64,000 nucleotides of DNA, from contig OZ242365.1 in assembly GCA_965208905.1 (NCBI GenBank), forward strand, positions 1-64,000. Direction: 5' to 3'. The position numbers were made by a program, and so were the translations under genes. Positions 9,940 through 20,158 of the stretch are shown piece by piece. The notes beneath the pieces are model-generated. The model made no database searches and had not been told where the DNA came from. It saw only the letters and a list, made by a program, of their open reading frames with translations. Source of the stretch: Nitrosopumilaceae archaeon. Its GTDB lineage: Archaea; Thermoproteota; Nitrososphaeria; Nitrososphaerales; Nitrosopumilaceae. Every line of letters begins with the position of its first letter. The stretch's first letter is position 1.

Positions 9940-10806
9940 TCATTTAAACGCCGTACGTAGATTGAATTGGCGCGCGATTGGCTGGTTACTGTCATGATAT
10001 AATTGTCTGAGGTATGCAAGCTCACCCTCCACACCTTTTGTATCATACAACCTCCACCAATATTTGTCTGCAGAGTTCCAATGATATCCGCGCCGCTTGA
10101 GAGTATCTTTGGTCTCAATTGGAGCTCCCATCGCCATCACCTTCATGGATGGCGCCAGCAATATATTCACGGTATCGGGTACTACGTGTAACATCCACAC
10201 CATTGCAAGACAGTCTGGTAATGACCTGTGTGCATCAAAGAACCATCCTTCACGTTCTAATATTGTACCAAGACCTACTGAGTCGTGACCCAAATCCTTC
10301 CAAGGAATTCCCACCATGGTACACGCCCAACGACAGTCATTTGAAAGTATACGCTCGAATAGCGGACGGTCAAACGCAGCGTTATGGGCCACTACAAAAG
10401 GATCATCATGTAACATGCTTTGGACAAGATTCTTGTCTATATGCTTGCCCCTGACCATATCATCTGTAATGCCGGTCATACTTGTGACGTCTAGTGGAAT
10501 GGGTATACCGGGGTCCTGAAGCATGGATAATGCATCATCGACGCTGGTAAGCTGCCCGGACTTGTTGTATCGGCAGCGAACCATGCCCATCTCTATGACT
10601 TTGTCGTTATAGCTCAGTCCGGTGGTTTCGCAATCTACAACCACTATACTGATATCATCATCATGGGGCTCGCGTAACTTTATTGGTATGTTGTTTGGCA
10701 TCAGAGGTACACGCTCCAGCATGCGAAACTTATCTGGAGATTTCAGTATATCGTTGATGCGTGCATCAGATGACTGTTTTTTCACACCAGATGGAGTTCT
10801 CCACAT
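9940..10806 (-). CDS. DnaQ-like (DEDDh) 3'-5' exonuclease
   Basis: ExoI VVDCETTG, ExoII AHNAAFD, ExoIII AHRSLPD; C-terminal KDTLKRRGYHWN..KYWW. Confidence 0.9.
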   Translation of the reverse strand: MWRTPSGVKKQSSDARINDILKSPDKFRMLERVPLMPNNIPIKLREPHDDDISIVVVDCETTGLSYNDKVIEMGMVRCRYNKSGQLTSVDDALSMLQDPGIPIPLDVTSMTGITDDMVRGKHIDKNLVQSMLHDDPFVVAHNAAFDRPLFERILSNDCRWACTMVGIPWKDLGHDSVGLGTILEREGWFFDAHRSLPDCLAMVWMLHVVPDTVNILLAPSMKVMAMGAPIETKDTLKRRGYHWNSADKYWWRLYDTKGVEGELAYLRQLYHDSNQPIARQFNLRTAFK

Positions 10807-11010
10807 GATGCCACATTATACGCAGACTAGAAAAGTGTTGTCTACAGGTATTCATCCAGATTAGTGGTGATGCCCAAAACTAAAGTGCTGCAACAGTTGT
10901 TGATACAAAAAGGGAGTAATAAACATGATACTCTTGTATTTTTTTAATATATTGTAACCATTTATCTTTACAGAAGATTTGGCATTTTTAGGATATGATT
11001 CAAATTATAG

Positions 11011-13050
11011 ATGTGTTGGTTGATGTATGTGTCAAAAAACCTTTTGGGTGCAGAGAGTAGTCCATATCTACTTCAGCACGCCGAAAATCCCGTACACTGG
11101 TATCCGTGGGGGCCCGAAGCCTTGGATAGAGCCCGTCGCGAAGATAAACCTATATTTCTTAGCGTTGGGTATAGCGCCTGCCATTGGTGTCATGTTATGG
11201 CACACGAGTCTTTTGAGGATGAGAATATTGCTAAAATAATGAACGAAAATTTTGTCAACATAAAGGTAGACCGGGAAGAACGTCCTGATATAGATGTCAT
11301 ATATCAGTCCGCCTGTCAGATGGCAACTGGCCAGGGAGGGTGGCCTCTCAGCGTCTTTCTGACCCCAGATCAAAAACCATTCTATGTGGGAACATACTTT
11401 CCAGTCTTGGATGGGTATGGTAGGCCTGGCTTTGGTAGTATACTGCGCCAGCTATCGTTGGCATGGAAGGAGAAGCCCGCAGATATAAAAAAATCTGCTG
11501 ATAAATTTTTACAAAAAATAAAATTTAACGCACAGCCCCCAAACCACTCAACTCTGGACATGACGATACTTGATGAGGCTGCATTTTCCCTGTTGTCGAT
11601 GGGTGATCCTATATATGGTGGATTTGGCGATGCCCCAAAATTCCCCAATATAGCAAATGTCTCGTTTCTACTTCGATACGCTACAATATCTAATGTCTCT
11701 AAATTCAATAAATTTGGACTGGATTCTCTTAGACAGATGGCCAAGGGTGGAATATTCGATCAAATAGGAGGTGGCTTTCACCGATACTCCACTGACAGGA
11801 TGTGGCTGGTACCACACTTTGAAAAGATGCTATATGACAATGCACTCATACCAATCACATACGCCGAGGCGTACCAGATTACAAAAGACGAATTTTATCT
11901 TGATATAATGAAAAAGACATTGAATTTTGTATTAAATGAGATGACATCGCCGGCGGGCGGATTTTATTCGGCTCTGGATGCTGACTCCGAAGGTGAGGAA
12001 GGGCGGTTCTATGTGTGGTCTAAATCCGAGATAAATAAAATATTAAACGATGATTCCAAACTATTTTGCTTATACTATGATGTGACCGAGGGTGGAAATT
12101 GGGAGGGAACCAATATTCTGCGCAACAACATTAGACTGTCTACTGCAGCGCAGGCCTGCAATATGTCTGAGGCTGAGGCAAAGCGTATCATATGTACGTC
12201 TGAAAGAAGATTATACGAGATACGAAGTCTTCGTGTACGTCCTGGATTGGATGATAAAATACTGACATCTTGGAATGCAATGATGATATCTGCATTTGCC
12301 AAAGGGTATAGGGTGTCCCATGAAACTAAATACTTGGACGCAGCCAAAAAAGCTACTAATTTTATCATTAATAAAATGATGGATAAACAGGGACTATTCC
12401 GTACGTTTAAGGAGGAGGCGACCATAAGGGGATTTTTAGAGGATTATTCGTATATGGCATCTGCCTTGTTGGATATATTCGAAGAGAGTCCTGACGTTAA
12501 ATATTTGGAGACTGCCGAATATCTAGGTGAATACATACTAGAGCATTTTTGGGATGGCGAAAACAACTTTTTCATGACTCCAGATAATCATGAGTCATTA
12601 ATTGTTCGTCCACAGAACAATTATGATATTCCTATACCATCAGGAGACTCCATGGCTACAATGGCGTTCATAAAATTATATCATCTGACCGGTAAGAAAA
12701 AATTTTTAGATGCTGCCAAAAAGTATATGGGAATGCGATTACAGGAGGCCGCCGACAACTCGTTTGCATACTGCTACCTGTTAAGCACTGCATACATGTA
12801 CATGCTTAAACCAATTGAGATTACCATACTGAACACCAAAGATAACTCCATAAAAGATGAAATACATACAAGATTTATTCCCAACGGCATAGTGGTATCT
12901 GTACAGAATGAGGGACAAGCTCAAAATTTAGCCAAATACCCATTCTTTGCTGGAAAGACATTTTCAGATAAAACGCAGGTATTTATCTGCAAAGATATGA
13001 CCTGTACGCCACCTCTGACCACACTACCTGAGATTCTAGACAAACTATAA
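11011..13050 (+). CDS. Thioredoxin-domain + (alpha/alpha)6 protein, YyaL/SPATA20 family
   Basis: [43 protein letters not shown]. Confidence 0.93.
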   Translation: MCWLMYVSKNLLGAESSPYLLQHAENPVHWYPWGPEALDRARREDKPIFLSVGYSACHWCHVMAHESFEDENIAKIMNENFVNIKVDREERPDIDVIYQSACQMATGQGGWPLSVFLTPDQKPFYVGTYFPVLDGYGRPGFGSILRQLSLAWKEKPADIKKSADKFLQKIKFNAQPPNHSTLDMTILDEAAFSLLSMGDPIYGGFGDAPKFPNIANVSFLLRYATISNVSKFNKFGLDSLRQMAKGGIFDQIGGGFHRYSTDRMWLVPHFEKMLYDNALIPITYAEAYQITKDEFYLDIMKKTLNFVLNEMTSPAGGFYSALDADSEGEEGRFYVWSKSEINKILNDDSKLFCLYYDVTEGGNWEGTNILRNNIRLSTAAQACNMSEAEAKRIICTSERRLYEIRSLRVRPGLDDKILTSWNAMMISAFAKGYRVSHETKYLDAAKKATNFIINKMMDKQGLFRTFKEEATIRGFLEDYSYMASALLDIFEESPDVKYLETAEYLGEYILEHFWDGENNFFMTPDNHESLIVRPQNNYDIPIPSGDSMATMAFIKLYHLTGKKKFLDAAKKYMGMRLQEAADNSFAYCYLLSTAYMYMLKPIEITILNTKDNSIKDEIHTRFIPNGIVVSVQNEGQAQNLAKYPFFAGKTFSDKTQVFICKDMTCTPPLTTLPEILDKL

Positions 13051-13053
13051 TCT

Positions 13054-13389
13054 TTATTTTGTTCCAGGAGTGATCTTTGTAAAGTCCAACGTCAGAATAT
13101 CTCCAACTCCGGGGCTTCCAATATTCTGATATCTTGACTTTGGCATGGCAATGGTGACCTGAGTCTGCCTATAGCTCTTGACCTTTATTGTGGGCTGTGC
13201 CTGTAGTATGGCGTATAGCACCGGCATTATCTGTTTGCGAGTCTCGGCATCGAGTTTTTTTGACAGATTCTCCATTATCATCTGTTTTTGGGATAGAGGT
13301 TCAGTGGAGACGTTCTCTGTGAGTGAAAGTTGAACTACTTGGCCACTATCTATGGTTTGAGTAATTTTAAACTCATTGGTCTCAGACAC
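13054..13389 (-). CDS. Hypothetical protein
   Basis: ORF track, GTG start, convergent with YyaL gene. Confidence 0.6.
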   Translation of the reverse strand: MSETNEFKITQTIDSGQVVQLSLTENVSTEPLSQKQMIMENLSKKLDAETRKQIMPVLYAILQAQPTIKVKSYRQTQVTIAMPKSRYQNIGSPGVGDILTLDFTKITPGTK

Positions 13390-13748
13390 ATTATAATTTT
13401 ACACTCAAGTAATTTAATACTATGGGTTCAGGCTCCTTAGGGTGTCTAAAATCAACTTAAACTAAGAGTTTTAGCTGTAAAATATGCCAATTATTCTGTA
13501 AACAAATTATAATTTTTGTATAAGAGTTTATACGCTGCTGATAGAATTGCGAAAACACAACTCCCATGGTATTCGTACAATAAAACAGTCTGTTATGTAT
13601 TAGAATACTATACATTGGATATCCGCACACTGCTATGGTACCCATACTGTATCGCCGTATACGTATAATGTGTAATGTTTCGCCCTCCAAGAGATAGTCT
13701 GAATTGAGATCCCAGTATAGTATAACATCCTAGACAGCGTTTTATATC

Positions 13749-16412
13749 TTGAAATTTTATTTGTATCTGATGCATGTGCAATCCTACCTGATTCTTGTTG
13801 GCATGGTTAGTGTGCTTGCCATGCCACTATCTTTTGCTGATATACAGGGTGATGTTTTGGTGGGTGTCCTAAATGCCGAAGACGACCTTTCAGATAGGGC
13901 AGTGCAGATATCCCTGGCAATACGGGAAGGTGTCTCCGACTTTAATGAGTTTCTTGAGGATATGAACGCAGATTGGCGTATTATGCCAGATGTGTCATTT
14001 GATATAACTCAGGATGTGGATATGATTTTGGGGCCCATCCATGATGGCACTCTAAATATCGTTGAGTATGCCCAAGCAAATAATATACTTGTAGTTGGCT
14101 GCTGCAACGCCGTTACAGAGATGGCAATACCCGGCGATACTGTATTTCAGATATATCCTGATGCCATAAAACAAGGCAGTACACTTGCCCACATACTACA
14201 TGCCCAGGGAGTCGATGTTGTGGTTCCCATGTATAGTGATACTGCAAACGGTTATGCATTGTGGCGAGCAATGACCGACACCTTCACTGCTCGTGGCGGC
14301 ATCGTTGATGAGGGCGTACGATATATTCCCAGTGATGGGTTCTCCTCGGAGGTAGAACGTCTAGCCAAAAGAGTACAAGATAATTTGAACACCCATGACT
14401 CGGATGTAAATATAGCCGTACTATTAATGGCCCACGATGAGAATCTACACGTATTTGAGTCGGCATTACTGCACGATGTCTTGTATATGGTACCCTGGTT
14501 TGCTGATGAATATATGACAGAGAATCCTGCTCTTATACAGAATAGTACCATATCGAGCTTTTTAGAAAGTGTAAACTATACATCGATACAGATGGCCAAG
14601 ACGCTAAATGCGCAGCATGATGGCCTAAAGGAAACCATACTGGACACTAACAATATGTCACCTGGCGCCTTTGCTTATACGGCATACGATGCAGTGTGGA
14701 TTCTAGGCATGTCCATACTGATGGCTGACACCACTGATATAGCATCCGTATCTGCTGTATTGCCTGATGTGGCTTATAATTACACCGGCATAATGGGGAA
14801 TATAACACTGGATATCTCTGGTGACATGCGGTCTGGTGATTATACGCTGTGGTCTATTCGGGACTCTACATGGGAGCGTACATCTAGATACATTCATGAG
14901 ACTCAACAAATTATCCCTGTACTGCCATCCACCGTTATAATACCGGTTATCGCAGATATCACCGGTGATCTCTCTGTGTTGGGTCGGGAAGGGTTGGCTG
15001 GCATGGCGTTGGCCACTGATGATTTTAACGCAGACCAACAAGAGATGTCTGCTGACTGGAGGCTTGAATTAGATATAATGGACTCTGAGACTGACCCAGA
15101 AAAACATCTAGAACTGATACAAGATGTAGATGGTGGAATAATACTAAGTTGCGCCTCCAGCAACTCGCTTGCCAAATCCCTTGATTATATCAATGAACGT
15201 GGATTGGTTGTCGTATCATCTTGTAGCACTTCTGCGGAGCTGTCCATACCTGATAGCCTGTATAGACTGTCTCCTGATGATGGAAATATCATTGATCTCT
15301 TGACTACACAGTTGGAGGATAGATACACCATCATAATAGTTCGTAATGACTCTTGGGGTATGGCACAGAGTCTTCAGCTATCTGAACGACTAAATAATTA
15401 CACCATTGTGTCATATTTGCCAGATGCACAAAACTACACTAACATAATACATGATACGCTTGATGCCATCACTGTCCATGGTACACAAAGTACAGCCATA
15501 CTGCTACTGGGGTTTGCAGAGTCTGCAGATATACTATCTGCTGCCGCGGACCATGATGTTTTGTATGATGTACCATGGTTTGGCTCCAACGGCAACGCCC
15601 GCCATCCAAAGATTGTAGATGATGCTCGCTCATCAAACTTTGCAGAACTAGTCTCATTTACCGCTCCGATGAACGCTGATGCCACCATACCTGCCAAGCT
15701 ACAATTGAACCTATCATATTCGGGAACCATGCCTGTGACAGACTTAGCTCAAACCACACTACGACTGGACCATTATGTATCAGATCGTGTTCCGGTGGCA
15801 TATGCGTCCGGCCCAGTCGCATATGACTCTGTATGGCTTACTGTAATGGCACTCAACAACACACAGTCCTTGGAGCCTGAAGCATTTCAGAGTGCCTTTG
15901 TTGATGTGGCCGCTTCATATGATGGTATTATAGGACCTACCACACTGAATGAGGCCGGAGATATTTCATTGGCATTATATGATATATGGACTGTACAGAA
16001 CGGAGACTGGACATTTCAGTCTCGTTATAATGATGGCGTACTCTTATCTGTTGATGATATGAGGTTGCAGTCCTTGGCGACGTTGGTGGTGGAGAATGCT
16101 ATTGCTGACTTTAATGCAAATCATACTGTATCACTCCAGAATGATGAGGTGTCTCTGTTTATACTAGATACCTCTACAGGTGAGATTATATCACACAGTG
16201 CGCACCCGAGTCTTGTCGGTACATCATATTATGATTTGATCAACCTTCAAGGAGTGAACATTGGAGAATTAATTATACGTGAGGCTACCACTTCTGGGTC
16301 ATGGGAATTACATGCGTGGCCCAATCCTGATACTGGTATGGATGAGACTATAACCGCATGGATAAAGTCTCATGGCAACCATATCTTTGGCTCGGGGATA
16401 TACGTGCCATAG
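13749..16412 (+). CDS. Secreted tandem type-1 periplasmic-binding-domain protein with C-terminal single Cache domain
   Basis: Signal peptide; two LivJ-like repeats (AYDAVW/AYDSVW, G.ITLD..GD/G.TTLNEAGD); C-terminal LFILD..GEIISHSAHP..DL.G..IG...W..HAWPNP.TG...FGSGIY. Confidence 0.85.
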   Translation: MKFYLYLMHVQSYLILVGMVSVLAMPLSFADIQGDVLVGVLNAEDDLSDRAVQISLAIREGVSDFNEFLEDMNADWRIMPDVSFDITQDVDMILGPIHDGTLNIVEYAQANNILVVGCCNAVTEMAIPGDTVFQIYPDAIKQGSTLAHILHAQGVDVVVPMYSDTANGYALWRAMTDTFTARGGIVDEGVRYIPSDGFSSEVERLAKRVQDNLNTHDSDVNIAVLLMAHDENLHVFESALLHDVLYMVPWFADEYMTENPALIQNSTISSFLESVNYTSIQMAKTLNAQHDGLKETILDTNNMSPGAFAYTAYDAVWILGMSILMADTTDIASVSAVLPDVAYNYTGIMGNITLDISGDMRSGDYTLWSIRDSTWERTSRYIHETQQIIPVLPSTVIIPVIADITGDLSVLGREGLAGMALATDDFNADQQEMSADWRLELDIMDSETDPEKHLELIQDVDGGIILSCASSNSLAKSLDYINERGLVVVSSCSTSAELSIPDSLYRLSPDDGNIIDLLTTQLEDRYTIIIVRNDSWGMAQSLQLSERLNNYTIVSYLPDAQNYTNIIHDTLDAITVHGTQSTAILLLGFAESADILSAAADHDVLYDVPWFGSNGNARHPKIVDDARSSNFAELVSFTAPMNADATIPAKLQLNLSYSGTMPVTDLAQTTLRLDHYVSDRVPVAYASGPVAYDSVWLTVMALNNTQSLEPEAFQSAFVDVAASYDGIIGPTTLNEAGDISLALYDIWTVQNGDWTFQSRYNDGVLLSVDDMRLQSLATLVVENAIADFNANHTVSLQNDEVSLFILDTSTGEIISHSAHPSLVGTSYYDLINLQGVNIGELIIREATTSGSWELHAWPNPDTGMDETITAWIKSHGNHIFGSGIYVP

Positions 16413-16706
16413 TTATATCTGGCAACGCTGTCGAGAGTCTTGTATTGCCAGATGTATATCTTGTCTCCTCTTTCTTATGATGTCATGCAGCTCTACAATA
16501 CTGTCTGTATTTGGTGATAGTGACTGGGTACTGCATGCATGAATGAATCCTACATATATGCCACCTAAAATTATCCCAAATGTTGTATCCTCTAATGATC
16601 TTGCATCACAGTGCTCCTTTGCAACCAATAGATACATGTCGATCTCCTCAATGTAGTAGTCAATCTGTGTTATGATAAAGTTACGTATGTCTATGGGCAT
16701 TGGCAT
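16413..16706 (-). CDS. Hypothetical protein
   Basis: ORF track. Confidence 0.6.
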   Translation of the reverse strand: MPMPIDIRNFIITQIDYYIEEIDMYLLVAKEHCDARSLEDTTFGIILGGIYVGFIHACSTQSLSPNTDSIVELHDIIRKRRQDIHLAIQDSRQRCQI

Positions 16707-16802
16707 GACCCATTTGGGTGTGACTGATTATTTTGTTTTGCCCTACGATTATGAGATGCTTGCCTTTACGGTTTATATTATGTCCTAAAAGTTGTTACCA
16801 TT

Positions 16803-17105
16803 ATGGAATATGTCTATGCTGCTTTACTTCTTCATAAGCTGCAAAAGGATGTTACCGAGGATAACCTCAGGGCGGTGGTCTCTGCATCAGGTGCTGATGT
16901 CAATGAGGCCCAGTTAAAGTCACTGGTCGCAGCATTGGCTGATGTAGATATAAACGAGGCAATAAAAGCTGCCCCTGTTGCTGTAGCTGCTGCCCCTGTT
17001 GCAGAGGCTGAGCCTGCAGAGGCAGAAGAAGAGAAGCCTGAAGAGAAGAAAGAAGAGAAGAGTGAGGAGGCTGCCATGGAAGGTCTCTCTTCACTATTTG
17101 GCTAG
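16803..17105 (+). CDS. rpl12: 50S ribosomal stalk protein P1/L12
   Basis: [11 protein letters not shown], Ala/Glu hinge, GLSSLFG end. Confidence 0.97.
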   Translation: MEYVYAALLLHKLQKDVTEDNLRAVVSASGADVNEAQLKSLVAALADVDINEAIKAAPVAVAAAPVAEAEPAEAEEEKPEEKKEEKSEEAAMEGLSSLFG

Positions 17106-17142
17106 ATCAGAGATTATATACTGATCGGTTTTTTTGATACTG

Positions 17143-18018
17143 TTAATTAGGAGTATAATCTGTGTCTTTTATAACGGACAGAGCTTGATTATGCGCCTTG
17201 CCTAGTATATCGTTTCGTGTCTCATCTGTCATGTAGCCTGATTCGATGGATACGGATCTGGCAGATGTGGCGGCCTTGGCTAATATGGCTTGTATGGTGT
17301 CCACTGTAGCGTAGCCTGCCTCAACTGCAAGGTTTAGCGCCTCCTGATGAGCTGTGGCTATCATACCTGATGTGACATCCAAATCTATCACCAACTCTTC
17401 CTGAGTATATCCAATACCGTCTTGAACTGCCGTATACAGAGAGATGCTGGCCTCTATGGGTTTTATGTCCAGCTTGCCCAGCATGGATGCAAGTTTTTCG
17501 TCAATAACATCACCCTTTTTGGCCGGCGTGGTGTCTTTTGCTATCCAGATTGTACCTTGATCTATCTTTGTGGGTATACCTGCATCTTTGAATTCGGTCA
17601 GCATGGGACCAGGAGCTATTCCGGTGTTGCGCGCGGCTATTACAACATCAATGCTGGCAACATCCCCGCCCCGGGCTGATACCATGGTCTTGTTTTTGGC
17701 CAACAGTAGATTGAGCCGGAATGGTGACATGTTGGAGAATAGTAACATGCACTGACCGGTCAGCTCCCGTATGATATCTTTGACTCCCGGCAGAGCTAAC
17801 TTTTCTAAAGCATGAATTACAACCCGGTTTTTTATACTGACAAACTCTACTTCGCCTTTTAGCTTCTTTTTTAATTCTAATATCTGTGATGCTCGAACCT
17901 TCTCTAGTCGTATGAGTGCCATTGAATTGTACTTTGTGGACATCTCTTGTATGTTGGAATACATGCGAGCCTTCTTCTCAGGGTATGTGGTACGGTTCTC
18001 ACGCATTGTGTTTTGCAC
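17143..18018 (-). CDS. rpl10: 50S ribosomal protein uL10 (P0)
   Basis: ARGGDVA, NTGIAPGP, GIPTKIDQGTIWI; real start probably MREN a few codons in. Confidence 0.95.
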   Translation of the reverse strand: MQNTMRENRTTYPEKKARMYSNIQEMSTKYNSMALIRLEKVRASQILELKKKLKGEVEFVSIKNRVVIHALEKLALPGVKDIIRELTGQCMLLFSNMSPFRLNLLLAKNKTMVSARGGDVASIDVVIAARNTGIAPGPMLTEFKDAGIPTKIDQGTIWIAKDTTPAKKGDVIDEKLASMLGKLDIKPIEASISLYTAVQDGIGYTQEELVIDLDVTSGMIATAHQEALNLAVEAGYATVDTIQAILAKAATSARSVSIESGYMTDETRNDILGKAHNQALSVIKDTDYTPN

Positions 18019-18649
18019 CTTTTATAATTTTGCCCATGGTGGTTTTTATCATGACATCCCGAATATTCTTCTCACCATTGGGTAACTTCTTCTCAATGGT
18101 CCTTAATACAACCATGGCGTTGGCAGCAAGACTTGCATCATCCATGCTTTGATTGCCAATCTTTGATGATATGGAAAGCGATCCCCTTACACGTACTCGT
18201 ATGGATTTTTTAAATCTCTGCAAGAATGCTTCGATGGGTGCATTGAACGGCACCGGGGTCGGCATCTTCCCTCTGGGCCCCAACAATTGGCCCAATGACT
18301 TTCCGACAGTGGGCATTATCTGCGTATCTGCCAAGAAAAAGTCATACTTGTTGATGAACTTACGTGCCGCCCTCTTGTCTGTAGATAGTCTACCTAACTC
18401 ATCTGCGTCTACTACGGCCGTAGCATTGGCCTCTCTAGCCTTTGTTCCCATATCTCCACCTGCTAATACGCATACTGCCGCATCTGAGCCTATCTGCGGC
18501 AACTGTACCACCTCATTTATCTGAAATCCCTTCTTGACATCTATGTCCTTGAATACAACTATGATCTCAACACTCTCCACAAAGTTGCGGCCTTTGGAGG
18601 ACTCTTTGGCCTCTTGTATCATCCCCTGCATTTGAGACTCTGTTATCAT
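17999..18649 (-). CDS. rpl1: 50S ribosomal protein uL1
   Basis: RNFVESVE, LGQLLGPRGKMP, KTTMG. Confidence 0.97.
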   Translation of the reverse strand: MITESQMQGMIQEAKESSKGRNFVESVEIIVVFKDIDVKKGFQINEVVQLPQIGSDAAVCVLAGGDMGTKAREANATAVVDADELGRLSTDKRAARKFINKYDFFLADTQIMPTVGKSLGQLLGPRGKMPTPVPFNAPIEAFLQRFKKSIRVRVRGSLSISSKIGNQSMDDASLAANAMVVLRTIEKKLPNGEKNIRDVMIKTTMGKIIKGAKHNA

Positions 18650-18694
18650 ACAGGTGCGTTCTATCTGAGTCTCTTAAAATCGTTTTGAATTTTT

Positions 18695-18744
18695 GGTTCT
18701 GTCAAGATAGCGTGTGATGGTTAGTGCTGTCAAAAACGTGTGAT
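18695..18744 (+). repeat. Left TIR of IS6-like element
   Basis: GGTTCTGTCAAGATAGCGTGTGATGGTTAGTGCTGTCAAAAACGTGTGAT; two internal CTGTCAA...CGTGTGAT units. Confidence 0.97.
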
Positions 18745-18769
18745 AAAAGATATTTTCAAAAAAATGGGT

Positions 18770-20032
18770 TTAGGCCGCCGACTTTACAGCGGCCCGAATC
18801 ATAGTTAGGAGTTTGTTATCTCCCTGTATAGTAATGCCTGCGGCCTCGGCTGGGGTCATTTTATTAGGTAATCCAAGGTGTGGACGTACAAAGTTATGAT
18901 ATATACGCAAGCCCGATATTATACTAGAGTCATCTTTCTTCAAACCACGTGTAACCTTTTCACGGTGTCGCAGTGTGGCACCGTTGAAGGATTCCATTTG
19001 GTTGTTATGATGTATGCCGTCAAAAGCAACATCATGTATATGCTCGGTCTCCTTGTGCAGGAAGTTCTTTGATTTGTATTGCTTCTTCCATGCATTGTGG
19101 AAGTTGGCGGCCTTGTCGCTGATTAGCGTAGTTGGGACTTTACCCGCAACCTTCTTGGCTTGTTTGAACATCGGAGCGACATCGTCATTCCCTTTGTGGG
19201 TAGCAACCATTTTGGCTATCCAAAAGCGGGTCTCGCTGTCCAGCATAGCAAATAGATATTTGCGGTTACCTTTGATTTTTAGATATAGTTCGTCTGTTCT
19301 CCACTGTTCACCAACTTGTGGTGTTATCTTGTCGGCGAATGTCTCCATTATTTCGGCATACTCGGTAGCCCAATTCAATACGGTTTGGTGGCTGGTCTTA
19401 ACTCCCATACCTTTCAAGGTGGTGGCCGCCTTGCGGGTTGACAAACCACTAAACACTAAGTCAACGGCCATAGTAATCTGTTCGGGTGTGGCGTGCTTTC
19501 TTTCAAATCCTAGATTCTGTGTGAACCGTTTGCCACAATCCTTGCATTTGTACTGTTGGACATCTCCCTTCTTGTAGTGGCGTATGCTATCCTTGACAAC
19601 ATTGTTTGATTCACATTGCTTGCATTTTGTGAGATCTATTTGTTTTATTACAGTCTTAGGTATTTCCTGTTGGACTGCCTCACGCATCCTACGGCTTATC
19701 TCTACTGCATGGATGTGTTTGCAACATACGCCCCTATACATATGGTCAGGACAACTGCAAATCCATCCATGTTCGGTTGACATCAATTCGTAAATTCCAT
19801 TGGATGACTGGGATCTGACAGTGTAGGTGTAATCGTCTATTCTCGTGATTTGGTTAGGCTTGCTGGCTATTTCTGCACCCCTCGTAATACGTTCGTTGGT
19901 TGTCTGTCCTATAACATTCCCAACTGATATATTGTAGGAAGTCATAGGACGCTCAGAGTCAGCCGTGCTCTTCATTGGGGTTACCGCCCCTCTGACATTT
20001 TTTCTCATCATCGCATCTCTTGTTGTTATCAT
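18770..20032 (-). CDS. IS6-family DDE transposase with N-terminal SWIM zinc finger and zinc ribbon
   Basis: SWIM CSCPD...CCKH; CKQC/CKDC ribbon; HTH; WRTDELYLKIKG..YLFAMLD, ISDK, NNQMESFN, YHNFVRPH. Confidence 0.92.
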   Translation of the reverse strand: MITTRDAMMRKNVRGAVTPMKSTADSERPMTSYNISVGNVIGQTTNERITRGAEIASKPNQITRIDDYTYTVRSQSSNGIYELMSTEHGWICSCPDHMYRGVCCKHIHAVEISRRMREAVQQEIPKTVIKQIDLTKCKQCESNNVVKDSIRHYKKGDVQQYKCKDCGKRFTQNLGFERKHATPEQITMAVDLVFSGLSTRKAATTLKGMGVKTSHQTVLNWATEYAEIMETFADKITPQVGEQWRTDELYLKIKGNRKYLFAMLDSETRFWIAKMVATHKGNDDVAPMFKQAKKVAGKVPTTLISDKAANFHNAWKKQYKSKNFLHKETEHIHDVAFDGIHHNNQMESFNGATLRHREKVTRGLKKDDSSIISGLRIYHNFVRPHLGLPNKMTPAEAAGITIQGDNKLLTMIRAAVKSAA

Positions 20033-20130
20033 TAACTATTACTAGTAGTTAACTTAATTTAAAGTTAACTCCTGTTTGTAGTTAACATGATTGTTTAGCG
20101 GTTAACTCCTGTTTAATAGTTAACTTTAAA
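20031..20130. promoter_or_regulatory. GTTAAC palindrome array in the divergent transposase/methyltransferase promoter
   Basis: GTTAAC at 20048, 20064, 20081, 20101, 20119 (plus ATTAAC at 20031), spacing 16-20 bp; 13-bp inverted repeat TTTAAAGTTAACT/AGTTAACTTTAAA. Confidence 0.7.
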
Positions 20131-20158
20131 AATAGGTACTCTGTTTGTAGAGTAAGTC

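Noticed and set aside
9900-10890. Possible TIR/TSD around the exonuclease gene (GCCCAAA on both sides)
   Set aside because: No convincing inverted repeat adjacent to the short direct match
13670-13725. GAGATAGTCTG similarity to the TnpB element tail
   Set aside because: Too short to distinguish from chance without an alignment
20031-20130. GTTAAC array as a mini-CRISPR
   Set aside because: Period is only 16-20 bp with no unique spacers
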